64,000 bases of DNA from Bacteroidaceae bacterium (GCA_017468985.1 JAFUHF010000056.1:3922-67921); one strand, 5' to 3'. Positions 1 to 10,736 are shown, counted from the first letter of the stretch. Program-made: numbers and translations. The notes: generated by a model from the letters alone, not told the origin.

Positions 1-840
1 CTGTCGCTGCTGCCCATGTGGCTGCACTACAGACTATCGGACCTGCTCTATGTTATCATCTACCACGTGGCACGCTACAGGCGCAAAGTGGTGAGAAAGA
101 ACATGAGCCTTTCCTTTCCTGACAAGACGAAAGCCGAGCTCAGAAGGTTGGAGCACCAGTTCTACGTCTTCTTTTGCGACTACATCGTGGAGAACATCAA
201 ACTGCTCACCATGCGCAAGAAGAACCTGATGAAACGCATGGTGTTTGAGGGAATGGACGAAATCAACAAGTCTTTTGAAGATCACGACTTTGTGTTTATC
301 TACTTAGGCCACTATGGCAACTGGGAATACATTGCATCTCTGCAATGGTGGGTGACAGACGGCATCCGTTGTGCCCAGCTCTACAGCGTGCTCCACAATC
401 CGGCTTTTGACCGCCTGTTTCTGAAAATCAGAAGCCGATACGGAGGCGAAAGCATCAAGAAGAATGAATCGCTGCGCCACATCATCAACTACCGCAGAAA
501 TGGCGAAAAGGCCATTATAGGATTCATCTCCGACCAAACACCACGCTGGGGAAACATCCACATGTGGCTCGACTTTCTACATCAGGACACTCCCGTATTC
601 AACGGCACAGAACGCATCGCCAAGAAAGTAAATGCAGCCGTATACTACGGCGAAATGACACAACCCCGACGCGGATACTACAGGTGCAGATTCCGCCTGA
701 TGAGCAACGACGTTAACGCATTGCCCGACGGACAACTCACAGTCGACTACATGGGTATGCTGGAACAGAACATCAACAAGGACCCACGACTGTGGCTATG
801 GACCCACAACCGATGGAAAAGACAACGGGAACAAAACTAA
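1..840 (+). CDS. Lipid A biosynthesis acyltransferase, LpxL/HtrB (lysophospholipid acyltransferase) family; 5' end runs off the window
   Basis: Frame 1 is open from base 1 (LSLLPMWLHYRLSDLLYVIIYHVARYRRKVVRKNM). It shows the N-terminal anchor plus YRRKVV..N and LGHYGNWE boxes typical of lauroyl/myristoyl acyltransferases. Confidence 0.8.
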   Translation: MSLLPMWLHYRLSDLLYVIIYHVARYRRKVVRKNMSLSFPDKTKAELRRLEHQFYVFFCDYIVENIKLLTMRKKNLMKRMVFEGMDEINKSFEDHDFVFIYLGHYGNWEYIASLQWWVTDGIRCAQLYSVLHNPAFDRLFLKIRSRYGGESIKKNESLRHIINYRRNGEKAIIGFISDQTPRWGNIHMWLDFLHQDTPVFNGTERIAKKVNAAVYYGEMTQPRRGYYRCRFRLMSNDVNALPDGQLTVDYMGMLEQNINKDPRLWLWTHNRWKRQREQN

Positions 841-862
841 AGGTACAGACTCGAATTGCATC

Positions 863-1609
863 ATGATGAAGATACGGCTCTCTCCCTCCTATATGAACTG
901 CCGCAACGAAGTGGAACAAATCGTAGCCCACTTTGAACGGCAGGGGGGAATGATCTATCATGGCCGAAACATGATCAAGACATTCCAAACGGCCAATGGC
1001 ACTTGGAACGTAAAGCGCTATCACTGCCCATCCCTCTTCAACCGAATAGTATACACTTTTCTCAGAAAGCCAAAAGGACTCAGAGCCTTTGAATATCCCA
1101 ACCGCATTATTCCAGCAGGATTTGAAACGCCCTACCCCATTGCTTACGTAGAGCAACGCCAATGGGGGCTTATCAGTAGTTCATTTTTCATCAGTGAACA
1201 CTGCCCCTACAAGCGAAGGTTCTACGAATTTGGAGACGCCAAGGTGGCCGACGTGGCCGACATCCTGACAGAATTTGTACGCTTCACCGCAGGCCTGCAC
1301 GAAGCCGGAATATACCACAGAGACTATTCCCCCGGGAACATCCTCTTTGACCAAAAAGACGGAGAGTGGCATTTTTCCATTGTAGACATCAACCGCATGG
1401 TTTTTGGCCCCGTGAGCATCAAGAAAGGTTGCCTGAACTTTGCCCGTCTGTGGGGACAACCCGAAATGTTCCGATTCATCGCCACGGAATATGCCCACGC
1501 ACGCCACGCCAACGAAAAAGACTGCACACGCTGGGTAATGAAGGCACGCAACCGCTTCTGGAAGCCCAGGGCTAAGCGCCTGGACCTACCATATAACATC
1601 AACTTCTAA
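863..1609 (+). CDS. Lipopolysaccharide kinase (Kdo/WaaP/InaA) family protein
   Basis: The 248-aa ORF has a kinase catalytic-loop-like YHRDYSPGNILF and a SIVDINR metal-binding segment. It lies next to the lipid A acyltransferase. Confidence 0.7.
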   Translation: MMKIRLSPSYMNCRNEVEQIVAHFERQGGMIYHGRNMIKTFQTANGTWNVKRYHCPSLFNRIVYTFLRKPKGLRAFEYPNRIIPAGFETPYPIAYVEQRQWGLISSSFFISEHCPYKRRFYEFGDAKVADVADILTEFVRFTAGLHEAGIYHRDYSPGNILFDQKDGEWHFSIVDINRMVFGPVSIKKGCLNFARLWGQPEMFRFIATEYAHARHANEKDCTRWVMKARNRFWKPRAKRLDLPYNINF

Positions 1610-1626
1610 AACATCAAGACACACGT

Positions 1627-4600
1627 ATGAATAAATTCTTCTTACTGATTCTTACCTTCATGGTCACTGGAGCATGGGCCACTGAGCCCGTCAAATGGAT
1701 TCGGGCCAACGCCATCAGCCCCGATGGGAAAACAATTGCATTTACCTATAAAGGCGACCTCTTTACCGTACCTGCGGAAGGAGGCCCTGCCAGCCGTCTG
1801 ACCTCGAACGCCGCCTATGACGGATGGCCCTGCTGGTCGCCTAACGGAGAACAGATAGCCTTCGCCTCCGACAGAATGGGAAGCATGGACGTATACCTCA
1901 TTAGTCGGAACGGTGGAACTCCGCAACGACTGACCACAAACTCTGCCCACGAATATCCGCAGACCTTCATTGACAATGAGCACATACTCTTCACCGCCTA
2001 CTACATGCCCACAGCACAGGACATTTTCTTTCCAGGTTCCTTTAGTCAGGTTTACTCCGTAGACGTTAAAGGACACCGTCCGGAACTGTTTTCGGCTATC
2101 ACCATGGAAAACATTTCCATTAACGCTAACGGCTCCTTGCTCTACCACAACTACAAAGGCTATGAAGACCCATGGCGCAAGCGTCACCACTCCCCCATTA
2201 CTCGCGACATCTACCTAACGCAAGCAGATGCCAAACAACGCACTTACCAGCAACTCAGCACCGACAATGCTGAAAACAGAAATCCCGTATGGGCCAATGA
2301 CAACCAACACTACTACTTCCTGAGCGAGCGGAACGGTTCGATGAACGTGTTCAAAGGCGATGTAAATAGTCAGAACGTAAAGCAGATCACGCATTTCAAG
2401 GAACATCCCGTAAGATACCTTAGCATCAGCAGAGGTGGTACACTCTGCTTCAGCCACGACGGAACACTCTACACCCTTGCGAACGAAGGGAACCCCAAGA
2501 AGGTAGAGATAGAGATTACCATTGATGACAATGAAGCCTATCGCCAGCCACAAGTGGTGAGTTCAGGAGCCACCTCGTTCGACATCTCGAAAGACGAAAA
2601 GGAAATAGCCTTCACGCTCAATGGCGACCTCTACACCACCGTAACCGACTACGCAACCTCAAAACGACTTACCTTCACACCGGAAGAAGAACGCCATCCC
2701 AGCATCAGCCCCGACGGACGCACCATAGTTTATGCTTCGGAACGCGGAAACAACTGGAACATTTACGCCATACGGATTCAGAATAAAGAAGATAAGAATT
2801 TCACCTACGCCACTGACGTAAAAGAGGAAGCCCTCATCACAGGAAAGGAGCCCTACTTCTTACCGAAATTCTCACCCGACGGTAAAAAGATTGCCTTCTT
2901 GGCCAACCGCACGGAACTCAGAGTATACGACGTAAAGACCAAAAACATCAACGTAGCCCTACCAGCGCAGTTCAACTTCTCCTACAGCGACGGTGACATG
3001 AACTTTCAATGGTCGCCTGACAGCCGATGGCTGCTCACCTCCTACATGGGCATTAACGGATGGAACAACATGGACGTAGCCATTGTCAGTGCCGACGGCA
3101 AACAGGTGATAGACCTCACCAACAGCGGCTATAGCGACGGAGCCCCACAATGGGCACTCGGCGGTAAAGCCATCGTGTGGTCCAGCGACAGAGCCGGCTA
3201 TCGCAGCCACGGCAGCTGGGGAGCAGAACACGATGCATACCTGATGTTTCTGGATCGCAAAGCTTACGAGTTGGCACAGCTGAACAAAGAAGACCGCGCC
3301 CTCTACGAAGAGAGAGAAAAACTCCAGGCTGACTCCACGGCACCAAAGCCAAAGAAAGAACAGAAAAAAGGAAAAGCCTCGGCCGACACCACAAAAGCAA
3401 AGGCAGACAGCACGGTGAAGCCCCTCAAGTTGGACTTCGAAGGAAGAGAAGACCGCATAATGCGCCTGACCATCCACTCCTCCCATTTGGGACTGATGTT
3501 TCTTTCGCCCGATGGCAAGAAGTTTTATTATACAGCACGCTTTGAAGGAGGACAGGATCTGTGGGTTCACAATCTGGAAGAAAATTCCACCAAGATACTC
3601 TGCAAGGGATTAGGGAGTGGGCAGATGATTCCCGACAAGAAAGGGGAAAGCCTATACATGTGTAACGGCACATTCCGCAAGATTACGCTGGCCGATGGCA
3701 AAATTAAAGATTTGCCCTTCCGTGCAGAACAAGAAGCACAATCGCCAGCCCAAAGAGCCTATATCTACGACCACAGCGTGAACCAGATTCTTGCCCGTTT
3801 CTGCGACGTAAACTACCACGGAGTGGACTTCAAGTCGCTGGCCGCTCACTATAGGGAGTTCTTGCCGTCGATAGGCAACCATCGCGACCTCAGCGAGATG
3901 GTTAGCGAACTGCTGGGCGAACTGAACTGCTCGCACACCGGACTGAAGTACAGGCCCGTAAAAACCTGTCCGGCCACGGCCGAACTGGCAGCATTCTTCT
4001 CGCCCGACTATCAAGGCGACGGACTACGGATAGAGGAGATCGTAGAAGGTGGTCCCTTAGACGTAACTGATGGAAAAATCAAAGCAGGAAACATCATTAC
4101 CCAAATTGATCATCAAAAGATACTGAAGGAAGAAGATTACTTCCCACTTTTGGCAGGAAAAGCAGGAAAATGGATATTGCTGACCATCAGTGACGGGAAA
4201 AAGACATTCGAAATTCACGTAAAACCCATTGCTCAGGCCCAAACCACCTCTTTATTATATAAGCGGTGGGTGAAAAGAAACCAAAAATTCACCGAAGAAC
4301 AGACTGGTGGTCAGATAGGCTACGTTCATGTTCAGGCCATGAACAGCCCCAGTTTTAGAGAAGTATACTCCGAACTGTTGGGAAAATTCCGCAACTGCAA
4401 AGCCGTGATTGTAGACGAGCGCCACAATGGCGGAGGCTGGCTGCACGGCGATTTAGGCATACTGCTCAGTGGGAAACAGTTCCAGACCTATTCCTCACGC
4501 GGACAACTTTTGGGCACTGACCCCTACAGCCGCTGGAACCGTCCGTCATGCGTGCTGGTATGCGAGGACTGCTACTCCAACGCCCACGGTTTCCCATCCA

Positions 4601-4860
4601 TGTATAAGGACTTGGGCATAGGAAAACTTGTAGGTAGCCCAATGGCTGGCACGATGACCGCCGTGTGGTGGGAACGCATGGCTGGCGGCACGCTGACCCT
4701 TGGTCTGCCCGAAGTCTACTGCTTGGACATGAACGGAAAACCGCTTGAAAACCAGCAGTTGAATCCCGACATTGAAGTATTCAACACACCTGCACAGATG
4801 CTCTCTGGCAACGACGAGCAGCTAAAGCGCGCCATACAACTCATGCAAAATAACCTCTAA
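1627..4860 (+). CDS. Tricorn-like S41 family peptidase with N-terminal TolB-like beta-propellers
   Basis: The 1077-aa ORF has a signal peptide and repeated SPDGKTIAF / SPNGEQIAFASDR / SPDGRTIVYASER / SPDGKKIAF propeller blades. The C-terminal S41 core contains VDERHNGGGW. Confidence 0.85.
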   Translation: MNKFFLLILTFMVTGAWATEPVKWIRANAISPDGKTIAFTYKGDLFTVPAEGGPASRLTSNAAYDGWPCWSPNGEQIAFASDRMGSMDVYLISRNGGTPQRLTTNSAHEYPQTFIDNEHILFTAYYMPTAQDIFFPGSFSQVYSVDVKGHRPELFSAITMENISINANGSLLYHNYKGYEDPWRKRHHSPITRDIYLTQADAKQRTYQQLSTDNAENRNPVWANDNQHYYFLSERNGSMNVFKGDVNSQNVKQITHFKEHPVRYLSISRGGTLCFSHDGTLYTLANEGNPKKVEIEITIDDNEAYRQPQVVSSGATSFDISKDEKEIAFTLNGDLYTTVTDYATSKRLTFTPEEERHPSISPDGRTIVYASERGNNWNIYAIRIQNKEDKNFTYATDVKEEALITGKEPYFLPKFSPDGKKIAFLANRTELRVYDVKTKNINVALPAQFNFSYSDGDMNFQWSPDSRWLLTSYMGINGWNNMDVAIVSADGKQVIDLTNSGYSDGAPQWALGGKAIVWSSDRAGYRSHGSWGAEHDAYLMFLDRKAYELAQLNKEDRALYEEREKLQADSTAPKPKKEQKKGKASADTTKAKADSTVKPLKLDFEGREDRIMRLTIHSSHLGLMFLSPDGKKFYYTARFEGGQDLWVHNLEENSTKILCKGLGSGQMIPDKKGESLYMCNGTFRKITLADGKIKDLPFRAEQEAQSPAQRAYIYDHSVNQILARFCDVNYHGVDFKSLAAHYREFLPSIGNHRDLSEMVSELLGELNCSHTGLKYRPVKTCPATAELAAFFSPDYQGDGLRIEEIVEGGPLDVTDGKIKAGNIITQIDHQKILKEEDYFPLLAGKAGKWILLTISDGKKTFEIHVKPIAQAQTTSLLYKRWVKRNQKFTEEQTGGQIGYVHVQAMNSPSFREVYSELLGKFRNCKAVIVDERHNGGGWLHGDLGILLSGKQFQTYSSRGQLLGTDPYSRWNRPSCVLVCEDCYSNAHGFPSMYKDLGIGKLVGSPMAGTMTAVWWERMAGGTLTLGLPEVYCLDMNGKPLENQQLNPDIEVFNTPAQMLSGNDEQLKRAIQLMQNNL

Positions 4861-4875
4861 AAACTTATACCTATT

Positions 4876-5742
4876 ATGAAACTTTTTCACCATAACCCCT
4901 TTGGGGCAATCTTGCTCTCGCTATGCTTTATAGCCATTACGGCAGACAGCAAAAATTTTCGCATCATGAGTTTCAACATCCGCCTTGTCACCCCCGATGA
5001 CGGTAAGAATATTTGGTACAACCGCAGCAACGAAGTATGTAAATTCATCCAGAAACAAGCCCCCGACGTGTTTGGCCTTCAAGAAGCCACGCAAATTCAG
5101 ATGGACGACATCAGCCGCCAGCTTACCGACTACGGATTTGTAGGCTTGGGCCGCGACGATGGTAAGCAAAAGGGAGAATATAGCCCTGTATTCTTCGACA
5201 AGACCAAGTATCGTCTCGTCAAAAGCGGCGTGTTCTGGTTGAGCGAAACGCCTGACGAAGTTTCCTTCGGCTGGGACGCAGTGTGCAGAAGAACGTGTTC
5301 GTGGGTCGTACTGCAAGACCTCAAGACGGGCAATAGTTTCGTGTTTGCCGACACTCACTTAGACCATAAGGGCAAAGAAGCGCGCACTCGAGGAGCCATG
5401 CTCATCAAGGAGCGTCTAAGCCGCATTGCCGGCAACATTCCCATGATGATTACAGGCGATTTTAACGTCACCGATCAGTCGGAAGCCTACACCACCATGC
5501 TTACACGCTTTTTTCCCCTTGCCGATGCCTACAAGGCGGCCCAGAAACGCGAAGGGCTTAAAGCAAGTTTTCACAACTGGGGCAAGATTCCAGAAAAGGA
5601 AGGCGACATCATTGACTTCATCTTCCTCTCCCCATCCATCAAAGTGAAAAAGGCGACCATCTACGACAGCAGTCTGGGTGACGGATATTTCCTTTCCGAC
5701 CATCATCCTATCATTGCCGACTTGGATGCCAAATCGCTGTAA
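4876..5742 (+). CDS. Endonuclease/exonuclease/phosphatase (EEP) family protein, secreted
   Basis: It has a signal peptide and the EEP motifs SFNIR, GLQE, GDFN and SDHHP. It is a clear paralog of 21136..21996. Confidence 0.85.
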   Translation: MKLFHHNPFGAILLSLCFIAITADSKNFRIMSFNIRLVTPDDGKNIWYNRSNEVCKFIQKQAPDVFGLQEATQIQMDDISRQLTDYGFVGLGRDDGKQKGEYSPVFFDKTKYRLVKSGVFWLSETPDEVSFGWDAVCRRTCSWVVLQDLKTGNSFVFADTHLDHKGKEARTRGAMLIKERLSRIAGNIPMMITGDFNVTDQSEAYTTMLTRFFPLADAYKAAQKREGLKASFHNWGKIPEKEGDIIDFIFLSPSIKVKKATIYDSSLGDGYFLSDHHPIIADLDAKSL

Positions 5743-5757
5743 GGGCGATTGTCCGAT

Positions 5758-7062
5758 TCAGGAAGGACGCTTCAATCGCGGAAACCTGAAAAGAATAGCA
5801 AGGAAAGCGCAAAGGCCCAATAAAACGGGATAATATAAATATGGAATGATGGCCGTAGGATTCAGGGAAGCCAGCCCACCAGCCATGAGCAATTGCGCCC
5901 CATAGGGAATCAAGCCCTGAATGCAGCAGGAAAACGTGTCAAGCACGCTGGCCGCCTTACGCGGATCTACGCCAAAACGTTCCGAAATGCCCCTTGACAA
6001 ACCTCCAACCGAAAGAATGGCAACCGTATTGTTAGCCGTACAGAGATTGGTCAAACTCACCAGCAGGGCTATGCTCAGTTCGGCTTCGCGAGCCGTTTTC
6101 ACCCCACGCGTCAGTCTGCTGATGAGCCAGGCTATGCCACCGCCACGCTCTATCACAGCCAGCAAGCCTCCGGCAATCATGGAAATCAGTATGAGCTCGC
6201 TCATGCCCTCAATGCCTTGACAGATCGAAGAAATATAGCCCTCAAAGCTGTAGACTTTCATCACCATCCCAATAAGCCCCGTGGCCAAGGTACCTACAGC
6301 CAATACTACCAACACGTTGACCCCAGCGATGGCCAGCACCAATACCAACAGATAAGGCACCACCTTCCAGACGTTGTAACTCTCAACGGGAACCTCCACG
6401 GTAAAGTGAGAGCCCAATATCAAATAAATCACAAACGATATCACTGCCGCCGGAAGGGCGATCAGTATATTCGTCCGAAACTTGTCGCTCATCTTGCAGC
6501 CCTGCGTACGCGTGGCCACCACCGTGGTGTCGGATATGAAGGAGAGATTATCGCCAAAGAAAGCTCCACCCACCACTGCCGCTACAATCAGGGAAAGCGC
6601 AAGGCCAGTACGTTCCGACAGACCGGCGGCTATGGGTACAAGTGCCACTACGGTACCCACTGATGTTCCCACTGACAGCGAAATGAAACAGGCCGCGACG
6701 AACACCCCTGCCAGCAACATGCCAGGCGGCATGAAGCTCATCGTAAAGTTTACCGTGGCATCTACTGCCCCCATTTCCTTTGCAGAAGAAGCAAAGGCAC
6801 CGGCCAGGATGAAAATCCAAACCATCAGCAACAAGTTGTGCTGTCCTGCACCTCTCGAAAATTCCTGCAAGCGCTGCTCAAAAGGCAGACCGCGAAGCGT
6901 CAGCAACGAATAAGCTCCCGTCACAAGAAACACAACGAGCAAGGGCACCTTGTGAAATCCACCCATCAGGTGGGCAAAAATCACAAACAAGGCTGCCATA
7001 ACCAATAGTGGACTCAGGGCCAGCAACCCATGTGAGAAAGGGATGGATTTTTCAGTATTCAT
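5758..7062 (-). CDS. nhaC: Na+/H+ antiporter NhaC family protein
   Basis: This is a polytopic membrane protein with NhaC-like sequence throughout. I trimmed the start to the ATG at 7062 (MNTEKSIPFSHG) because the upstream ORF extension is not membrane-like. Confidence 0.8.
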   Translation of the reverse strand: MNTEKSIPFSHGLLALSPLLVMAALFVIFAHLMGGFHKVPLLVVFLVTGAYSLLTLRGLPFEQRLQEFSRGAGQHNLLLMVWIFILAGAFASSAKEMGAVDATVNFTMSFMPPGMLLAGVFVAACFISLSVGTSVGTVVALVPIAAGLSERTGLALSLIVAAVVGGAFFGDNLSFISDTTVVATRTQGCKMSDKFRTNILIALPAAVISFVIYLILGSHFTVEVPVESYNVWKVVPYLLVLVLAIAGVNVLVVLAVGTLATGLIGMVMKVYSFEGYISSICQGIEGMSELILISMIAGGLLAVIERGGGIAWLISRLTRGVKTAREAELSIALLVSLTNLCTANNTVAILSVGGLSRGISERFGVDPRKAASVLDTFSCCIQGLIPYGAQLLMAGGLASLNPTAIIPYLYYPVLLGLCAFLAILFRFPRLKRPS

Positions 7063-7256
7063 CAGAGCGTGGCATTGATAACGATATGCAAATATACTGC
7101 TAAAAAACTGAACCACCGCCCTCTCCTGCCCAGCAAAAGGCATAAATCTCCCGAAAAATACCATAAGCGTGCGAGATTTCCCTATTTCGCTGGAGCTGAT
7201 GCCCCTCGCGTGGGTAAACTCTGCACCGTTTATTTGGCCCTCTCAAAACTTTCTGC

Positions 7257-7264
7257 TAATTTTG
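7257..7264 (+). promoter_or_regulatory. Bacteroidetes-type -7 promoter box (TAATTTTG) upstream of the GH3-family gene
   Basis: It is an exact match to the TAnnTTTG consensus and sits 30 nt upstream of the ATG at 7294. Confidence 0.45.
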
Positions 7265-7293
7265 TCGCAAGTTTAATGACACATCGTTTGAAA

Positions 7294-8808
7294 ATGAGCA
7301 TTACTTCCCTGGTTCGCCCCTATTTCGAGCACCGTTACAGGCAATTGGAGCAGGTGGAGAAGCATCCCGACGATACCCAACGCCAGATTCTCCAGTTGCT
7401 TGTCTCGCAGGCTCAGAATACCGAATGGGGCACCCGACATCACTACGATGCCATCAAGAACTACGATGATTTTTCCAAGAACGTTCCTATCACCACATAC
7501 GAAGACCTCAAAGGATTCATCGACCGCATGCGCCACGGCGAACGCGACGTACTGTGGCCCGGACGCGTCAAGTGGTATGCCAAGTCATCGGGAACAACCA
7601 ACGACAAAAGCAAATTCATTCCCGTTAGCAAACGTGGACTGTCAGCCATCCATTATGCCGGCGGACGCGATGTCGTGGCATATTACCTCCACCAACACCC
7701 CAAGAGCAGGCTGTTCGACGGACGCGCCCTGATTCTCGGAGGCAGCCACGAGCCGAACTATAACGTTCCCGAGAGCCTTGTAGGCGACCTCAGCGCCATC
7801 CTTATAGAAAACATCTATCCTTTGGCCAACCTGGTGCGTATACCGCCAAAGAAGGTGGCCCTTCTTTCCGACTTTGAAACGAAGCGTGACCAGATTGCGC
7901 GTATTGCCATGAACGCCAACGTGACCAACCTTAGCGGCGTGCCGTCATGGATGCTTTCTGTACTTTCCCACATGCTCTCCATTTCCGGGAAGCAAACGGT
8001 TTCCGAGGTGTGGCCCAACCTGGAAGTTTTCTTCCACGGGGGAGTGGCTTTCACCCCCTACCGCCATACTTATGCCGAACTCATACCCTCTTCCGGCATG
8101 CACTACATGGAAACCTACAACGCCAGCGAAGGCTTCTTCGGACTACAAAGCGATCCGACAGACAAGTCCCTGCAGCTCATGGTGGACTATGATATTTTCT
8201 ACGAATTCATTCCGATGGAGGAAATCGGCAAGGAGCATCCGCAGGTGCTTCCCCTTTGGGGCGTGGAGACAGGAAAGAACTACGCTATCGTTATCAGTTC
8301 CTCCTGTGGCCTGTGGCGCTACCAGATAGGCGACACGGTAAGGTTCACCTCCCTGTCACCCTACAAGTTCATCATCAGCGGCCGCACCAAAAGCTTCATC
8401 AACGCATTCGGAGAGGAACTCATTGTCGACAACGCCGAACAAGGTTTGGCCCAAGCCTGTCAGGTAACCGGTGCCGAAGTAAACGAATACACCGCCGCTC
8501 CCATCTATATGGACAAGGACGGGAAATGCCGTCACCAATGGGTGATAGAGTTCCATCATCCTCCGGCCGATCTGGAAACCTTTGCCCGTGAGCTTGATCT
8601 GTCCTTGCAGCACATCAACTCCGACTACGAGGCCAAGCGAAGCAAGAACGTCACGCTCCAGCCCCTTGAGGTCATCGTGGCTCGCCCCGGGCTGTTTGAC
8701 GACTGGCTCCGGTCGAAGGGTAAACTGGGAGGTCAGCACAAGGTGCCACGTCTCTGCAACGACCGAAAAATCATTGAAGAAGTGCTCAACCTCAATCATA
8801 TCGGATGA
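7294..8808 (+). CDS. GH3 auxin-responsive-promoter family protein (acyl-acid amido synthetase-like adenylating enzyme)
   Basis: WYAKSSGTTNDKSKFIPVS and the overall GH3 layout are present. The start is set at MSITSLVRPYF, which matches the usual bacterial GH3 N-terminus; the alternative ATG is at 7276. The ORF-track start at 7069 lies upstream of the promoter box. Confidence 0.85.
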   Translation: MSITSLVRPYFEHRYRQLEQVEKHPDDTQRQILQLLVSQAQNTEWGTRHHYDAIKNYDDFSKNVPITTYEDLKGFIDRMRHGERDVLWPGRVKWYAKSSGTTNDKSKFIPVSKRGLSAIHYAGGRDVVAYYLHQHPKSRLFDGRALILGGSHEPNYNVPESLVGDLSAILIENIYPLANLVRIPPKKVALLSDFETKRDQIARIAMNANVTNLSGVPSWMLSVLSHMLSISGKQTVSEVWPNLEVFFHGGVAFTPYRHTYAELIPSSGMHYMETYNASEGFFGLQSDPTDKSLQLMVDYDIFYEFIPMEEIGKEHPQVLPLWGVETGKNYAIVISSSCGLWRYQIGDTVRFTSLSPYKFIISGRTKSFINAFGEELIVDNAEQGLAQACQVTGAEVNEYTAAPIYMDKDGKCRHQWVIEFHHPPADLETFARELDLSLQHINSDYEAKRSKNVTLQPLEVIVARPGLFDDWLRSKGKLGGQHKVPRLCNDRKIIEEVLNLNHIG

Positions 8809-10736
8809 AAATTCCACTACGACATGCTTTCCCTGTAGCCGTAGCGGCCATTGCCCTGTCCATTTTGTTTGGATGCGCAAGCCCCGGCAGCCCCGACGGC
8901 GGACCCTACGACGAACTTCCGCCGCAGGTCATCGGCTCCATGCTGCAATTTGGCGCGCTTAACTCCAAAGACACGAAAATCGACATCTTTTTCAATGAAT
9001 TCGTAAAAATTGAGAATGCCTCTGAGAAAGTTGTGGTAAGCCCCCCACAGATCAACCTTCCGGAGATCAGCAGTACCGGCCGCAAGATCAGGGTGAAGCT
9101 ATTGGACTCCCTTCAGAAAAACACCACCTACACCATCGACTTTTCCGACGCCATCGTTGACAACAACGAGGGCAATCCCTTAGGACATTACAACTTCGTT
9201 TTCTCCACCGGCGACCATGCAGACTCTATGGAAGTGTCTGGAAAGGTGCTCAACGCAGAGAACCTGGAACCTATCAAGGGTATTCTCGTGGGCCTCCACA
9301 GCGACACCACCGATACCGTGTTCCAAACCAAGCCCCTCCTGCGTGTGGCCCGAACCAACGGCAGCGGAGAGTTCATCATCAAGGGCGTTGCCCCCGGACG
9401 CTATCGGGCTTACGCCTTGCAGGATGCCGACGGCACGTTCACCTTTTCGCAAAAGAGCGAAATGATAGCGTTCCAAACCTCCACCTTCCAAACTGGAAGC
9501 TATCCTGACGCCCGTCCCGACACCATATGGCGCGACAGCACCCACATCGACAGCATCCACATTATTCACTTCACGCACTACACCCCCGACGACCTGGTGC
9601 TTCTGGCGTTTTTGGAAAGTCATCAGGAACGCCACCTGCTAAAGTCGGAGCGCCAAACGCCGGAGCACATCGACATCTATTTCACCGGGCCGTCCGACTC
9701 CATGCCCAAAATTCGAGGGCTCAACTTCGACGAAAACAATGCTTTTGCCATACTTTCTTCCCCTGGCCACGATAGCATCTACTACTGGATTCGCGACACT
9801 GCCCTTATCCACCAGGACACGCTTCGCGCGCTCTACACCTTTATGGAAACCGACACCACCGGACTTCTCGTGGAGACATCGGACACGATGGAGTTCATTT
9901 CCAAGATTCCACGCGCTAAGCAACTCAAGCTTGAAGCCGAAGAACGCAAAAAATGGGAAAAAGAGCAGGAGAAGCTCAAGAAGCGCCACCTTCCCTATTT
10001 AGAAACGATGCCTGCGCCCACGCTCGACCTCTCCATCCATCCGGGAGGCTCGCTGGCACCTAACGAAAACATTCAGTTTGAAACCAAAGAGCCGATTGAG
10101 ATAGCAGATACCTCGCTCATTCATCTGCTCCTCAAGCAGGACTCCCTGTTTCTCCCGGCGCCCTACGTACTGGAACGCGATCCGGGCAGTCTTTTCAAGT
10201 ATACGCTCTACGCCGAGTGGCGTCCGCAGCAGGAATACCAGCTCCAAATCGATTCGGCAGCGTTTATTGGCATCTACGGTCACGCTTCCAAGGCCAACAG
10301 GGCGCGCATCACCATTCCCAACCTCGACACATACGGCTCCCTGTTCTTCAACCTTCCGGGCATTGCCGATACCACCGCCGTCGTACAGCTTGTCAGTTCG
10401 TCCGGCAGAGTTCTTTATGCCGTTCGCAGCCACGACGGCCGCGCCGAGTTCTTTTTCCTGAAACCTACCACCTACTATGCGCGGCTCTTCATTGACCGCA
10501 ACGGAAACAATCAATGGGATCCGGGCGACTTTGAACAAAAGCTCCAACCGGAAGAAGTATACTATTATCCCTCCAAGATTCAGGTTCGCGCCCTGTGGGA
10601 CATTGAGCAGGACTGGGATGTCCATGCCCTGCCGCTCACCCGTCAGAAGCCCATTGAAATCACCAAGCAGAAACCTGACAAGGAGAAAACTATCCAAAAG
10701 AGAAATGCTGAACGCGAACGCAACAAGCGCCGCTAA
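8805..10736 (+). CDS. Ig-like domain-containing lipoprotein (SbsA/Big-type domain, DUF2141-like C-terminal region)
   Basis: It has a lipoprotein signal (ILFGCASP). Its ATG overlaps the GH3 stop as ATGA at 8805-8808. The C-terminal segment reads RLFIDRNGNNQWDPGDF. Confidence 0.7.
   Translation: MKIPLRHAFPVAVAAIALSILFGCASPGSPDGGPYDELPPQVIGSMLQFGALNSKDTKIDIFFNEFVKIENASEKVVVSPPQINLPEISSTGRKIRVKLLDSLQKNTTYTIDFSDAIVDNNEGNPLGHYNFVFSTGDHADSMEVSGKVLNAENLEPIKGILVGLHSDTTDTVFQTKPLLRVARTNGSGEFIIKGVAPGRYRAYALQDADGTFTFSQKSEMIAFQTSTFQTGSYPDARPDTIWRDSTHIDSIHIIHFTHYTPDDLVLLAFLESHQERHLLKSERQTPEHIDIYFTGPSDSMPKIRGLNFDENNAFAILSSPGHDSIYYWIRDTALIHQDTLRALYTFMETDTTGLLVETSDTMEFISKIPRAKQLKLEAEERKKWEKEQEKLKKRHLPYLETMPAPTLDLSIHPGGSLAPNENIQFETKEPIEIADTSLIHLLLKQDSLFLPAPYVLERDPGSLFKYTLYAEWRPQQEYQLQIDSAAFIGIYGHASKANRARITIPNLDTYGSLFFNLPGIADTTAVVQLVSSSGRVLYAVRSHDGRAEFFFLKPTTYYARLFIDRNGNNQWDPGDFEQKLQPEEVYYYPSKIQVRALWDIEQDWDVHALPLTRQKPIEITKQKPDKEKTIQKRNAERERNKRR

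Noticed and set aside
7069-7293. N-terminal extensions of ORF-track entries (7069 for GH3; also 10477 for DUF3108, 26707 for the HD protein, 32351-32641 for the DUF5715-like gene, 25833-25994 for CPBP, 15090-15206 for the sigma factor, 52767 for the lyase)
   Set aside because: The extensions run through promoter boxes or overlap upstream genes. They are Arg/Ser/Pro-rich junk, and internal ATGs reproduce the usual family N-termini or signal peptides. I trimmed the starts accordingly, with an uncertainty of one alternative ATG in several cases.
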